Shown here: one piece after another, positions 47,699 to 57,678 of the stretch
Layout: every line of letters starts with the position of its first letter
Position numbering within the stretch: the first letter of the stretch is position 1
NCBI GenBank assembly: GCA_963666515.2
Contig: OY762897.2
Coordinates: 96,001-160,000 of the forward strand
DNA from: Candidatus Binatia bacterium
Lineage (GTDB): Bacteria; Desulfobacterota; Binatia; UBA9968; JAJDTQ01
DNA length: 64,000 nucleotides
Reading direction: 5' to 3'
Translations under genes and position numbers: made by a program
The notes under the pieces: generated by a model
What the model was told of the DNA's origin: nothing
What the model saw: the letters and a program-made list of their open reading frames with translations, nothing else
The model's database searches: none

Positions 47699-49849
47699 AT
47701 GGCTGAACCCAAGCTGTCCGTCGATCCGGTCACCTTCGAGATCCTCTCGCACCGGCTCTACCAGATCACCCAGGAGATCGGCACCACCCTGGAGCGGGTC
47801 GGAGGGACCGTCAACACCACCCAGATGCGCGACTACCTGGCGGGCCTCTACCAGCCCAACGGCGATGTCCTGTGCGCGGGCGACGCCATGGCCTGGCACG
47901 TGGGCTGCGCCGGGGTGGCGGTGCGCCGCATCATCGAGCGCTTCACCGACGAGGGCGGGATCTTCCCCGGCGACATGTTCCTGATCAACGATCCCTACCT
48001 GGCGGCCATCCACCAGCCGGACATGTACGTGGTGTCGCCCATCCACGTGGACGAGCGCCTGATCGGCTGGAGCGCCACCTTCGTGCACGTGGCCGACGTC
48101 GGCGCCATGTCCCCCGGCGGGAACTCGCCGGGCGCCACCGAGATCTGCCACGAGGGCATCCGCATCCCCGGCCTCAAGCTCATCGAGCGCGGCAAGATCC
48201 GCCGGGACGTGTTCGACACCATCACCAACATGACCCGGCAGCCGGTCATGGTGGGCCTGGACTTCAAGTGCGAGATCGCCGCCAACAACGTGGGCCGGGC
48301 CAGGATGCAGGAGCTGTACCGCCACTACGGCGTGGAGCTGATGGAGAAGGTCACCAGCGAAATGCTCGACCACACCGCCAGCGTGCTGCGCCGGCGCCTC
48401 CTGGAAGTGCCCGACGGGGTCTGGCGCGCCCAGGGCAACATCGAGGCCGGCGACAACCTCTGGAACATGGAGGTGCAGCTCACGAAGAAGCGGGACCTCC
48501 TGACCTTCGACTTCACCGGCACCGACAAGCAGGCGCCGGTGGGCATCAACCTGCCCTATCACGCCACCGTGGGCGCGTGCTTCGAGTCGCTGCTCCAGAC
48601 CCTGGGATACGACCTCCCCAAGAACCACGGGCTGTTCCGCGTCATGGAGGTCATCGCGCCCGAGGGCACCATCGTGAACCCCACCTATCCGGCGCCGGTA
48701 TCCCTCAACACCACCTCCGGCGGCGCGGTGGCCCGTTTCCTGGCCGGCAGCACGCTCATCCAGATGATCGGCACCAGCGAGAAGTGGTCGAAGGAGGTCA
48801 CCGCTCAGACCCTGGGGACGCGGCTCGCGCGCCACGCCGGGGTGAACCAGACCGGAGGGTACTACGTGTCGACGCTCGTGGGGCTCGGCGGCATCGGCGC
48901 GCGCTCCTGGGGCGACGGCATCAACACCGCCGGCATCGAGATGGGCCGGCCTTCCACCGTGCACAACGTCGAGTGGGTGGAGGCCAACTTCCCGCTGCTG
49001 TACCTCTACCGCCGCCACCTCCAGGACGGCGCGGGCGCGGGCAAGTACCGCGGCGGCGCGGGCGAGGAGTCCCTGCTCATGACCCACGACGCCCCGGAGG
49101 CCAAGATCCAGATCGTCGCCCTGGGGGTCGCCGGCTTGAGAAACTCGGGGTTCGGCATCTACGGCGGCCATCCGGGCGCCCCCAGCATCCTGGTGCACGT
49201 GGAAGACAGCGACGTGCAGAAGGCCGTGGCGGACGGCACCCTTCCCGACGAGCTGGCAGAGGCTGGCGGCACCCACAACCTGCTGGGCTACCGCGACCTC
49301 CGCCTGAGCGCCGACGATCTGCTCTACCTGCGCTGCGCCAACGGCGGCGGCTACGGCGATCCGCTGGAGCGGGAACCGCAGAGCGTGGCCGAGGACGTGG
49401 TGGATGGCTTGGTGTCGCGGGAAGCAGCGGAGTCCATCTACGGCGTCGTGTTCGCCCCGGGTGACGGCGTGGATGACACAGCCACCCGCGAGAAGCGCGA
49501 GTCCCTCAAGCGCGAGCGGCAGGCGGCGGTCACCCGCACGACGGCCGTTGCCGAGCCCCCCGCCGTGGGAACGGGCGCGGTCCGCCATCCTCTCCAGGAA
49601 TCCCTCGAGTTGTGTGACCTCGGCGACCGCGCCTGGGTCCAATGTGCCCGGTGCGGCCATCTCCTGTGCGAGAGCGACAGCGATTGGCGGGAAGCCTGTT
49701 CCCTGGGCGCAGCCCCGCCCACCCAGGCCGGTCCCCTGATGGACCTGCTGTTGGACCAGTACGAGTTCCAGCGTTGGTATTGCCCCGGTTGCGGCGTGCT
49801 GCTCGATTCGGAGATCGCGGCGGTCAATCTTTCCGACCGCAACCAGTAA
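47699..49849 (+). CDS. Hydantoinase B/oxoprolinase subunit with a fused acetone-carboxylase-gamma-like Zn domain
   Basis: [38 protein letters not shown]; C-terminal CARCG...YCPGCG.LL..E. Confidence 0.9.
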   Translation: MAEPKLSVDPVTFEILSHRLYQITQEIGTTLERVGGTVNTTQMRDYLAGLYQPNGDVLCAGDAMAWHVGCAGVAVRRIIERFTDEGGIFPGDMFLINDPYLAAIHQPDMYVVSPIHVDERLIGWSATFVHVADVGAMSPGGNSPGATEICHEGIRIPGLKLIERGKIRRDVFDTITNMTRQPVMVGLDFKCEIAANNVGRARMQELYRHYGVELMEKVTSEMLDHTASVLRRRLLEVPDGVWRAQGNIEAGDNLWNMEVQLTKKRDLLTFDFTGTDKQAPVGINLPYHATVGACFESLLQTLGYDLPKNHGLFRVMEVIAPEGTIVNPTYPAPVSLNTTSGGAVARFLAGSTLIQMIGTSEKWSKEVTAQTLGTRLARHAGVNQTGGYYVSTLVGLGGIGARSWGDGINTAGIEMGRPSTVHNVEWVEANFPLLYLYRRHLQDGAGAGKYRGGAGEESLLMTHDAPEAKIQIVALGVAGLRNSGFGIYGGHPGAPSILVHVEDSDVQKAVADGTLPDELAEAGGTHNLLGYRDLRLSADDLLYLRCANGGGYGDPLEREPQSVAEDVVDGLVSREAAESIYGVVFAPGDGVDDTATREKRESLKRERQAAVTRTTAVAEPPAVGTGAVRHPLQESLELCDLGDRAWVQCARCGHLLCESDSDWREACSLGAAPPTQAGPLMDLLLDQYEFQRWYCPGCGVLLDSEIAAVNLSDRNQ

Positions 49850-49857
49850 GGGACGAC

Positions 49858-50355
49858 ATGACCATCAAGACTCGTGTGCGAAGCCTGGCCGGTGGCGATG
49901 CGGCGCTCTTTCGGCGTTTACTCGACTTGTTCGGCGACGCATTCGAGGCGTCGGAGACCTATCGCGCCCGTCAGCCGGACGATGACTATATCGAGCGGTT
50001 GCTGGCGAAGGACCACTTCATCGCGCTGGCAGCGTTCGATGCCGAGGACCAGATGACAGGGGCTCTTACCGCCTATGAACTGCAAAAATTCGAGCAGGCG
50101 CGCAGCGAGATCTACATCTACGATCTCGCGGTCCGCGCCGAGAACCGGCGGCAGGGCGTAGCGACCGGCCTGATCCGCCATCTTCAGGACTTGGCGGCCG
50201 AACGCGGGGCTTGGATGATCATCGTGCAGGCCGACCCCGTGGACGAACCGGCGGTCGCTCTCTACACCAAGCTCGGCAGGCGGGAAGACGTGCTTCACTT
50301 CGACATAGATGTGCCGAGCATCGCCGACGCTGCCGCCCGCCCTCCTGCTTCGTGA
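49858..50355 (+). CDS. GNAT acetyltransferase, AAC(3)-I aminoglycoside N-acetyltransferase-like
   Basis: [17 protein letters not shown]...[30 protein letters not shown]. Confidence 0.8.
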   Translation: MTIKTRVRSLAGGDAALFRRLLDLFGDAFEASETYRARQPDDDYIERLLAKDHFIALAAFDAEDQMTGALTAYELQKFEQARSEIYIYDLAVRAENRRQGVATGLIRHLQDLAAERGAWMIIVQADPVDEPAVALYTKLGRREDVLHFDIDVPSIADAAARPPAS

Positions 50356-50399
50356 CCGCCGAGGCTGAGGTGGTCCTCCGTGAATGCGGCACCCGGCGG

Positions 50400-50693
50400 T
50401 CAGGCGGTGGCGAACCTCCTGACCTCGACCGGCTTGCGGTCATGCTGCGCGTGCCAGAGGTCGTACTGCATCTGCTGGGTCAGCCAGCTTTCAGGGCTGC
50501 CGCCGAAGGCCTCCGACAACCGGATGGCCATCTCGGGGGATATGCCGAGGCGGCTGTTGAGCAGCATGGACAGCGTGTTGCGCGATACCGCGAGCCCCCT
50601 CGCGGCCTCGGTCACCGTCAGGCCCAAGGGTTCGAGGCACTGGCGCCGGATGAATGAGCCCGGATGGGGCGGATCGTGCATGAGCATGGGCAT
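50400..50693 (-). CDS. higA: HigA-family addiction module antitoxin
   Basis: [44 protein letters not shown]; GGAGG RBS. Confidence 0.9.
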   Translation of the reverse strand: MPMLMHDPPHPGSFIRRQCLEPLGLTVTEAARGLAVSRNTLSMLLNSRLGISPEMAIRLSEAFGGSPESWLTQQMQYDLWHAQHDRKPVEVRRFATA

Positions 50694-50700
50694 TGCCTCC

Positions 50701-50766
50701 CTAGCGGTAGTCCAGGTAGTCGACATCAGCGGCGTGGCCTTCGTCAAAACGGAAAATAAGGCTCCG
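50701..50766 (-). pseudogene. 3' remnant of a higB (RelE-like) toxin gene
   Basis: Minus frame reads [21 protein letters not shown]-stop, matching the HigB C-terminal FRF.DG.A..VDY.DY(H); an in-frame stop at 50779-50781 and no start codon. Confidence 0.7.
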
Positions 50767-50816
50767 TCCAACCCCGCATCATGTGCACTTCCTTCGACAA
50801 TCATTGCCGTTGAAAT

Positions 50817-53800
50817 TCAGTTGATGCGACGCGAAATCCGGTCGCGGAGGTCGGGCGGGGAAGACGCAGTGAGATAACGCCTGCCGTCGGAGGTGAGGCT
50901 CCGTCCGCCTGGGCCGACGCGGATCAGGTTTAGACGGGTCAGATACTCCGACACGATCACGAAGTCCGCCCTGTTCGAGATTCCCAGTGCCCGGCGAATT
51001 TCTTCCTCCGCCGAAGCGCCCCGTGTTCTCAGCAGCTTGAGATATTCGACATGTTCCGAGGTAAGGCCGTTGCCGTCGATGCCTTGTGTATCAAACCACC
51101 GCGCCACGGCGGTTACGTTCATCAGTTCCGCCACTTCCTCCCTGGTAGGCACGCGTCCCAGCCTGTGCTCCGCCGTGCCGTAGAAGCTCGCTACCAGTGG
51201 CTCAAGGATGTTGACGCTTGGTCGCGGACTGCATTGCATGCGCGCCGCAATTTCAATGCAGGTCTCTCGACTCAGGCCGGCTTGCCCGAGCTTCTCCACG
51301 GAGCGGAGCCAGACGATCCCGGCCATCTCCTCAAGCGTGTAGGACCGCAGGATCGTCTTGTCCGGTCGGCTCTGAAACGCTTCCGATAGCCTGCCAGGAT
51401 CCGTTGTTGCCAGAAGAAAGACGACGTCTTCGAAACTATAGACCACGTTGCCGATCGTGGTGTCGCGCCGCTCGTCCAAGGCGCTGAGCAGCACCGTGGA
51501 AACCGGGCTTGCCACCGCATGCACCTCGTCGATGAAGATCAGGCAGGGATCGACGGTAACGGCGTCCGACGCGTCCGCCGGCAGTTTGCCAGCCTCCACC
51601 AAGCGCTCGACGATCATTTCCGGTCGGCGAAGATCGGCGCCGTTGAATGTAATCGGTTCCAACTGAAGCAATCGTTCGGCGATCCGGCGAGCGAGCGTCG
51701 TCTTGCCGACCCCGGCGGGGCCAACGAACAGCTTGTCGAGGAACCGCTCACCCCAACCCTTGGCCTTGCGCGCCTGATTGTCCAGTTCCTGGGCGATCTC
51801 GTGCTGGCCAACCATTCCCAGCGCATTCACCTGCGGCGGCCAGACCCGTCCCTCTCCCGACCCTTCTTCTGCTTCACCCGCTCGGTCGAACGGCGTTGAC
51901 GTCACCGACGCGTCCGTCCCATCCGGACGGTCGATCCCGGTCGCCGCATCGGCGACGGGCGACGACGGTTCATCCCCGGCCACTACAGTCGTTGTTCTCT
52001 CGGTTCTGCCGCTATTTCCCGATCCCGACGCCGCTCCGGAAGCACCGTCGGTCGGCGACGTCACCTCTTTCGCCGGAGCCGCTACGGGATCGCCGCTCGA
52101 ACGCTGCGCACCCCTGTCTTCTCCATCCGAAGCCTCTCCATCCGCACCGTCGTCTTCCGGCGGAGCCTTCGTCACGAAATCACTGCCAAACAGTTCCTCG
52201 GCTGCGCTTTCCGTGATTGTCCTGACCGTGATCGGGATCTGTTTCCCCTGGAGCGGCTTCACCCGGGCCGTTTCCGTCGACCGGAGCTTCACGACAACGA
52301 TCTCGCCATCGACCCGCAGGGCCGGCGGTTCAGCACTGTCGCCGAACAGGTCCTTGAGCAGCGGCCCCCAAATCTTGCGTTGCGCAACGTCGTCCTCATC
52401 TGCACCCCAGCGGTTCGATGCCGCCCTGACCAGGACCTCTTTCAGCATCTCCGACCGCGGTGCCGCAAACGGTCCGGCGCCACTGACCGCGCTCGACAAC
52501 ACCGCCGCCGTCTGCTCGATCTGATCGGCCGCATGACCGATCAGCTTGGCCTCGTCGGACAACGCCGCTCCTCCCGTCGTCTTGACTTCGATACAGGTCA
52601 ACCGGAACGACCCGTCTCCCGCTCGGCGAACCGCGATCAGGTCGCAGCGCTTGCCGCCACCCGCCGGTCCCAGCTTCAGCCAGAGGCGCGCGATCTTGTC
52701 GTCCACCGAAGCCACCAGCGCATCCGGATCCTCGCTTCGCACCTGGCGCGCGGCGAGCAACATACCGACGAACCCAAGCACCGACGCATTGTCGGGCAGT
52801 CCGGACCGTTTCTTGATCATGTCGAGCAGTCCTGCACCGACCAGGTTCACGCCCTGCCGCAGGACTTGGCCCAGGCTCTCGTTCGTGATGGTCAAATTGC
52901 AGTTGCTGAACGCGGTACGCATCAGGGTCGCCAACCGACCATAGTCCGCCGCGCTCAGCAGCACCTGGCGATGCCCTTCCTTGTGCCGCAGAAGCCGGAT
53001 CGACTTCATGCCGTTCTCCGGCGGCAAGGCGCGATCCGCGAGCAATACCCAGTACGCCGGCGGTCGATCTTCGAGCAGCAGGCGGTCGATCGTCGAGCGC
53101 AGCCGATCGGCGTCCGCGGAAGCAATCATCGTGCTGTCGCGCTGCTCCTGCTCGAATTCGTGAATCATCATCACGAAATCGGAAAAGGGCGGTTCACCCG
53201 GGTGCGGGCTCAGACTGATATCGCCCAGCATACGATCCACGACGATCTCGTTGCGCACGCAGAACGGACTCATCGGCAGCAGGCTCTCGACACGTCGACG
53301 CCGGACCGAAATCGCGGATTCATCGAAGATCGCGATCAGGTGCTGAGGTCGTTTCGACAGATCCTCTCGTACCAGCCGATCGAGGTTCTCATGGCTATCG
53401 CGTGCGACGCGGATATCGAGCCTCCCGGCAGAAACCTTCTCGTAGACCAAGTCCTGTGCCCTGCCTTCGAGGGTCGATGCCGCGATCAGCCGGTCTCTGT
53501 GCCCCGCCGTAGCGACGATCGTCACATCGAGCGCCGCAAGGCGCCGCGGCGTGTTCCGCCGCTCGTTCAGGAACTTTGTCAGCCGCTCCAGTAGCCGCGC
53601 CGCTTCCGGCGGGTTGACGAGCGTCAACCGAAGCGGCCGCGGATGGTTGGGGTAGAGCATCACAAAGTGATCGAGCGCCAGGACCAGCGTCTCCATGCCG
53701 TCGGCGCTACTGATCGCGTTATGCAGGTTCTCGAACGTTGCGAGACCGCAAATGGTGTTTGCGACGGGCAGCAGTTGATTGAGTCCCCGGCCTTCCGGTG

Positions 53801-55392
53801 TGGCGCCGGTCCTGATCACGCCGACAAAATGTTCCGGCCGGCGTAACTCTTTGATTACGACCTTTCTGTCGCTCTCGGACATCGGCCCGGCATGCGAGAG
53901 ATCGCGCAGGATTTCACCGAAGCGCTGATACCGCCACAAATGCAGAGGATGCAGCGGCAGCATCACCGCCTTGGCGCGGACCCCGCCGTCCGGACCCGCC
54001 ATGCGGACCTGTACTAGGTCGAGCGTCAGAATCGCGTCCAACGTCGCCTGAGCCCACTCGCGCGACTGGTCCCAGACGGCGCGGTAATTCTTCTGGACGG
54101 CCCCGTAGAGTTCGGTTGCCACTGCAAGATAGCGTGCGCAGTTCGCACACGTTTCAGGATGCGTGTCGAGCCACTCGCGCGGATGGATGAGAAGCGGCCG
54201 CACCATGTCCGCCAGGGACGCGCGCGCAGCGACGAAGTCGCGCCACATCTCGGCAATCGGGCGTCGGCAGGCTTCGGCAACCGCGTCCACCTCGTCCCAC
54301 GCTTCCAGCAGTGCCTCGATCGAATAGGCGACCCCGTCGTGTTTCCAGACCGCCTCCGGGTTCAGGAACACGGGATCGAACTCGGCATGGCGCGCCAACG
54401 CCTGCGGCAGGTCGTCAACGTCGACTTCCATGAACCCGCCGAACCGGTCCGTGTCGCAAAAGGCCGTAACCCAGTCGATGATCTTGGAGTCTACCCGTTC
54501 GTCGAGTCTGGCGGTGCCTTGGCTTGTCTCCTGATTGGACGCGAGCCGATCTCCGTTCTGCTCGAATTCCTCCCACGCCGCCTCGAGCGCCTCGCCTAGC
54601 GCGGCAAGGTCTTCCTCCCGCCCCTCAAGCAGCGCGTCCACCGCCATGTCATGCAGATCGGGCTCGTCCTCCTCCTCAGTGTCATCAGCCTCGTCATCGG
54701 GTTCGTCGTCAACTTCCGGATCATCGGGCTCCGGGCCGTAAGGGTCCGGCTTGTCGGGGGGCAGGGTTACGATTTGCTCTGCATCCTCAGGGGTCAGACC
54801 TGCATCGGGGCGGCCGCGTCGATATGCCTCCAGCCGGTCGAGTGCCCCGCTCAGCCGTTCCGCCGTCGCCGCGTTGCTGTAACGGGTCGCACGCTCACGC
54901 CGCTGCCTGATATCCCCCGGCGACATGCTGGTGACGCGCTCGCCGATCCGCAGATTGTATTCGAGCCGCTTTGCTAGGTCATCCGCCTCGAACAATCGAG
55001 GGTCGCGCAGCAGTCCAAGGGCGGGAAGAACGTCACGCGGCCTGCCTATCGTCCCGTCTCCGACATCGCTCCATTCGGCGAGAAAGACCGCGATGCCCTC
55101 CAGGGACCGAATCGAGCTCAGCTCCCGCGCCTCGCGTAGCGTCTCGAGCAGCACCCGATGCTGCGGCGTCGCTGTGAACTCGGGTTCGTTTTCCGCCCAA
55201 CGCAGCAGAATGGCCGCGAGCTCTCCCGAAGAGGCACGAGAGAAGAAGCGCAGACCGTGGACGCTCGGATTGTATCCGCGCGCTAGCGCGACAATCCTCG
55301 GATGCCGTTCCCGATCGTTGCGCCACTCGGTGGCGACGTGGAGATCAAGCGTCAGGCCAGCCAACTCGTCGAGCCCTTTTGCTTCCGCTAAC
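50817..55392 (-). pseudogene. 3' part of an IS-disrupted ~1594-aa protein: unknown N-terminal region, PD-(D/E)XK nuclease motif, linker, RuvB-like AAA+/wHTH domain
   Basis: 1515-aa ORF from TTG 55364; RCDLIAV..IEVKT..Q; MVGQ..LFVGPAGVGKTTLA, IFIDEVH, ATT..L...F.SR, SPR, GID.NGL, EYL...LI..GPGGR.LT. Confidence 0.85.
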
Positions 55393-57462
55393 CCAAGTTT
55401 AACAAGGGTATTTGAAAGTCGTTATAAATTGTGGGGTTAGCGGGGCGATTTTGGTCTTCTGGCACTACATTCTGGAGTTTTAACGGATAATTCTGGAGAG
55501 TTCAGACGGTCAACTTTTTGGTACCGCCGGGTGCAGGATTGAGGCCGAGAGCGTTGTAGATTTCAATCTGCTGGAGTTCGGCCTGGGTGGCCTTGCGGAC
55601 ATGGAGGGTGCGGCCGTTCTTGCGGCGGAAGGTGGCGGTGACCCGGTGTTGGCCCTGGAGTATGCGGCGCAAGGTGGTCCAACTAGCGGTCTCGCCCAAG
55701 GCGGCGAGGCGGCGGCGGATAATCTGCACGAGTTGGTAGGCGATGACGGTGATGAACAAATGGCCGTCGGAGCGGTGCTGCTTGTGGTGGAAGATGGGAC
55801 GCAGGCCGAGTTCGGACTTGAGGGAGCGGAAGACGGCTTCGAGATCGGTGAGCATGGTGTAAGTGTGCCAGAGGGTTTGCGGGTCCGAGTCGCCGAGGTT
55901 GGTGCGCAGACAATAGACGCCGGGATGAGTGAGCATGGTGCCCGGGCGGGGCTGGCGCTTCCAGGTGACGGCCACGGCCTTGTCGCCTTGGATGTCGGCC
56001 ACGACCTCGACCTGGTAATGCTGAGCGGCCCCTCGGCTTTGCTCCTGGATGCGCCCGATGCGCTGCCAGACATGGTCGAGGGCCTTGCGGGTGCGGGGGC
56101 GGGAGAGCCCCTCGTGGAGTTTTTGCAAGGCGCCTTCGAAGCGTGCGGCAAAGCGTTCGGCGATGCCTCGTTCTTTTTTGGCGCGAGCTTCGGAGTAGCA
56201 GTAAAGCCGCACCTCGTCGTGGTCGTCGTCGACGACCCGGTGCAGGTGAACCTTTTGGTGGGAACGGGTCTCGATGGCGGTAGCCAGTTCGGGATCGAAC
56301 AGCCGGGTGCGTTGGCGGCTGACCACCAGATAGCGGTAGCCGTGGCTGCGCAACCAGGCGATGTTGTTCTCGGTGGCAATGCCTGCATCCATCACCACCA
56401 CAGAATCGGCGGGTGCCTGGAGGGTTTCAAGCATGGATGCCAGTGTCTTGTCTTCGTCGGCATTGCCGGCAAACACTTCCGAGCGGCGCACGAAGCCGGA
56501 ACCGTCCAGCACCAGTCCCAGGGTGAGCAGCGGGCAGTCGCTGCGCTTCTCTTTCGAGTGCCCCCGCCTGGCCTTGGGCTGGCCTTGAGCTTCGCCCTCA
56601 AAGAAGGTGTTGGTGAGGTCGTACAGCGTCACCGTGTGCCTCAGGCTGAACAACTCCGTCACCCGATCAAACAGGTGATTTTCGATGGCCTCGCGATGGG
56701 CCATCAGCGTATCCGAGGCACGGTAGAGCCGCATCAGGCTCAGGCTCTCGAAGTCCACGCCGAGCAACTCGCCGAGAGCGCTGCGGTTGCACAACCACCG
56801 CCAAGTGGCCCGTTCCGATCCGGGCTGTGCCATGCGCCCGATGATCAACGCCAAGGCTGCTGCCCTTTGCCGACCGTTGAACCCCAGCCCCTCCAGAAAC
56901 TCATCCAGGCCGACCTGCCCCATAGCCCACAGTCCTACATGCTCCACCCCCACCGAGCGCGGGCGCACTAACTCCAACGAGTCCACATCCACCGCCTGCA
57001 CATCCCCTCCGCCGCCTTCCGCCCGAGGCGCCCGGCTCACCAGTTGCATGGCGATCCGTTGGGCCTCCCGTTCCACCTCTTCCGAACACCCCAACTCCAC
57101 CAGCACCGCTTGCGGGTCGATCAATTGTTCGATGCGCGTACACAACACCGCCCAATGTTCCAGCGCCACCGCGAAGTCACTGCCGAGATTGAGCAGGGTG
57201 CGCTGCCGCACCCGCCCGCCGGTGCGCTCGGAGCGCACCAAGCGGTGGGTGAAGTAGCTCTTGCCCCGGTCGGCGCCGCGGGTCTGGGTGCGGCGGATGA
57301 ACATGGGTGCAGGATATCAGAGGGCGGAACGAGAATCAACAGAATATTTCAATTATGGCACTACATCAGGCTCCCCAAATCCCTACCTCAATAAATACAA
57401 CAGCTTAGAAGCTACAGCCGTGCCCAAATACCCCAAAATCCCCACATTCATGTTAAAGATGG
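55393..57462 (-). mobile_element. IS1634-family insertion sequence, 2070 bp
   Basis: Imperfect terminal IRs CCAAGTTTAACA/CCATCTTTAACA; direct repeat GCTAAC at 55387-55392 and 57463-57468; subterminal TGGCACTACAT at 55460 and 57356. Confidence 0.92.
55502..57304 (-). CDS. IS1634-family DDE transposase (intact, 600 aa)
   Basis: LVRSER.GGRVRQRTLLNLG, LYDLTNTFFEG, RGHSKEKRSD, VMDAGI, LEAVFRSLKSELGLRPIFH. Confidence 0.95.
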   Translation of the reverse strand: MFIRRTQTRGADRGKSYFTHRLVRSERTGGRVRQRTLLNLGSDFAVALEHWAVLCTRIEQLIDPQAVLVELGCSEEVEREAQRIAMQLVSRAPRAEGGGGDVQAVDVDSLELVRPRSVGVEHVGLWAMGQVGLDEFLEGLGFNGRQRAAALALIIGRMAQPGSERATWRWLCNRSALGELLGVDFESLSLMRLYRASDTLMAHREAIENHLFDRVTELFSLRHTVTLYDLTNTFFEGEAQGQPKARRGHSKEKRSDCPLLTLGLVLDGSGFVRRSEVFAGNADEDKTLASMLETLQAPADSVVVMDAGIATENNIAWLRSHGYRYLVVSRQRTRLFDPELATAIETRSHQKVHLHRVVDDDHDEVRLYCYSEARAKKERGIAERFAARFEGALQKLHEGLSRPRTRKALDHVWQRIGRIQEQSRGAAQHYQVEVVADIQGDKAVAVTWKRQPRPGTMLTHPGVYCLRTNLGDSDPQTLWHTYTMLTDLEAVFRSLKSELGLRPIFHHKQHRSDGHLFITVIAYQLVQIIRRRLAALGETASWTTLRRILQGQHRVTATFRRKNGRTLHVRKATQAELQQIEIYNALGLNPAPGGTKKLTV

Positions 57463-57677
57463 GCTAACGCACGCAACTCCTTTTCCGTTGTGTCAACTCC
57501 CACCAGCGCTAACGAGAATCCTCCGGCCGGCAGACCTCCCGCCGACAGCGCTTGCAGCAGGCACGGAATATCGAACTCCGGAAGCCCCTCCCGTGCGAAA
57601 TCGTTTTCGTCTTCTAAGCGCGAGAGTATCCAGGCTGCCAAGGCCTGGCTGACTAGCGATGCAGCCGTACGCGGCAT
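57463..57677 (-). pseudogene. 5' part of the IS-disrupted nuclease-RuvB-like gene
   Basis: ATG at 57677 follows GAGGAG and the upstream stop; ...EKELRALA continues in frame into EAKGLDELAGLTLD once the IS and one target copy are removed. Confidence 0.85.
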
Positions 57678-57678
57678 C

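Noticed and set aside
50817-51830. Housekeeping ruvB gene
   Set aside because: The domain is the C-terminus of a much larger ORF, is diverged from canonical RuvB, and has no ruvA or ruvC neighbours.
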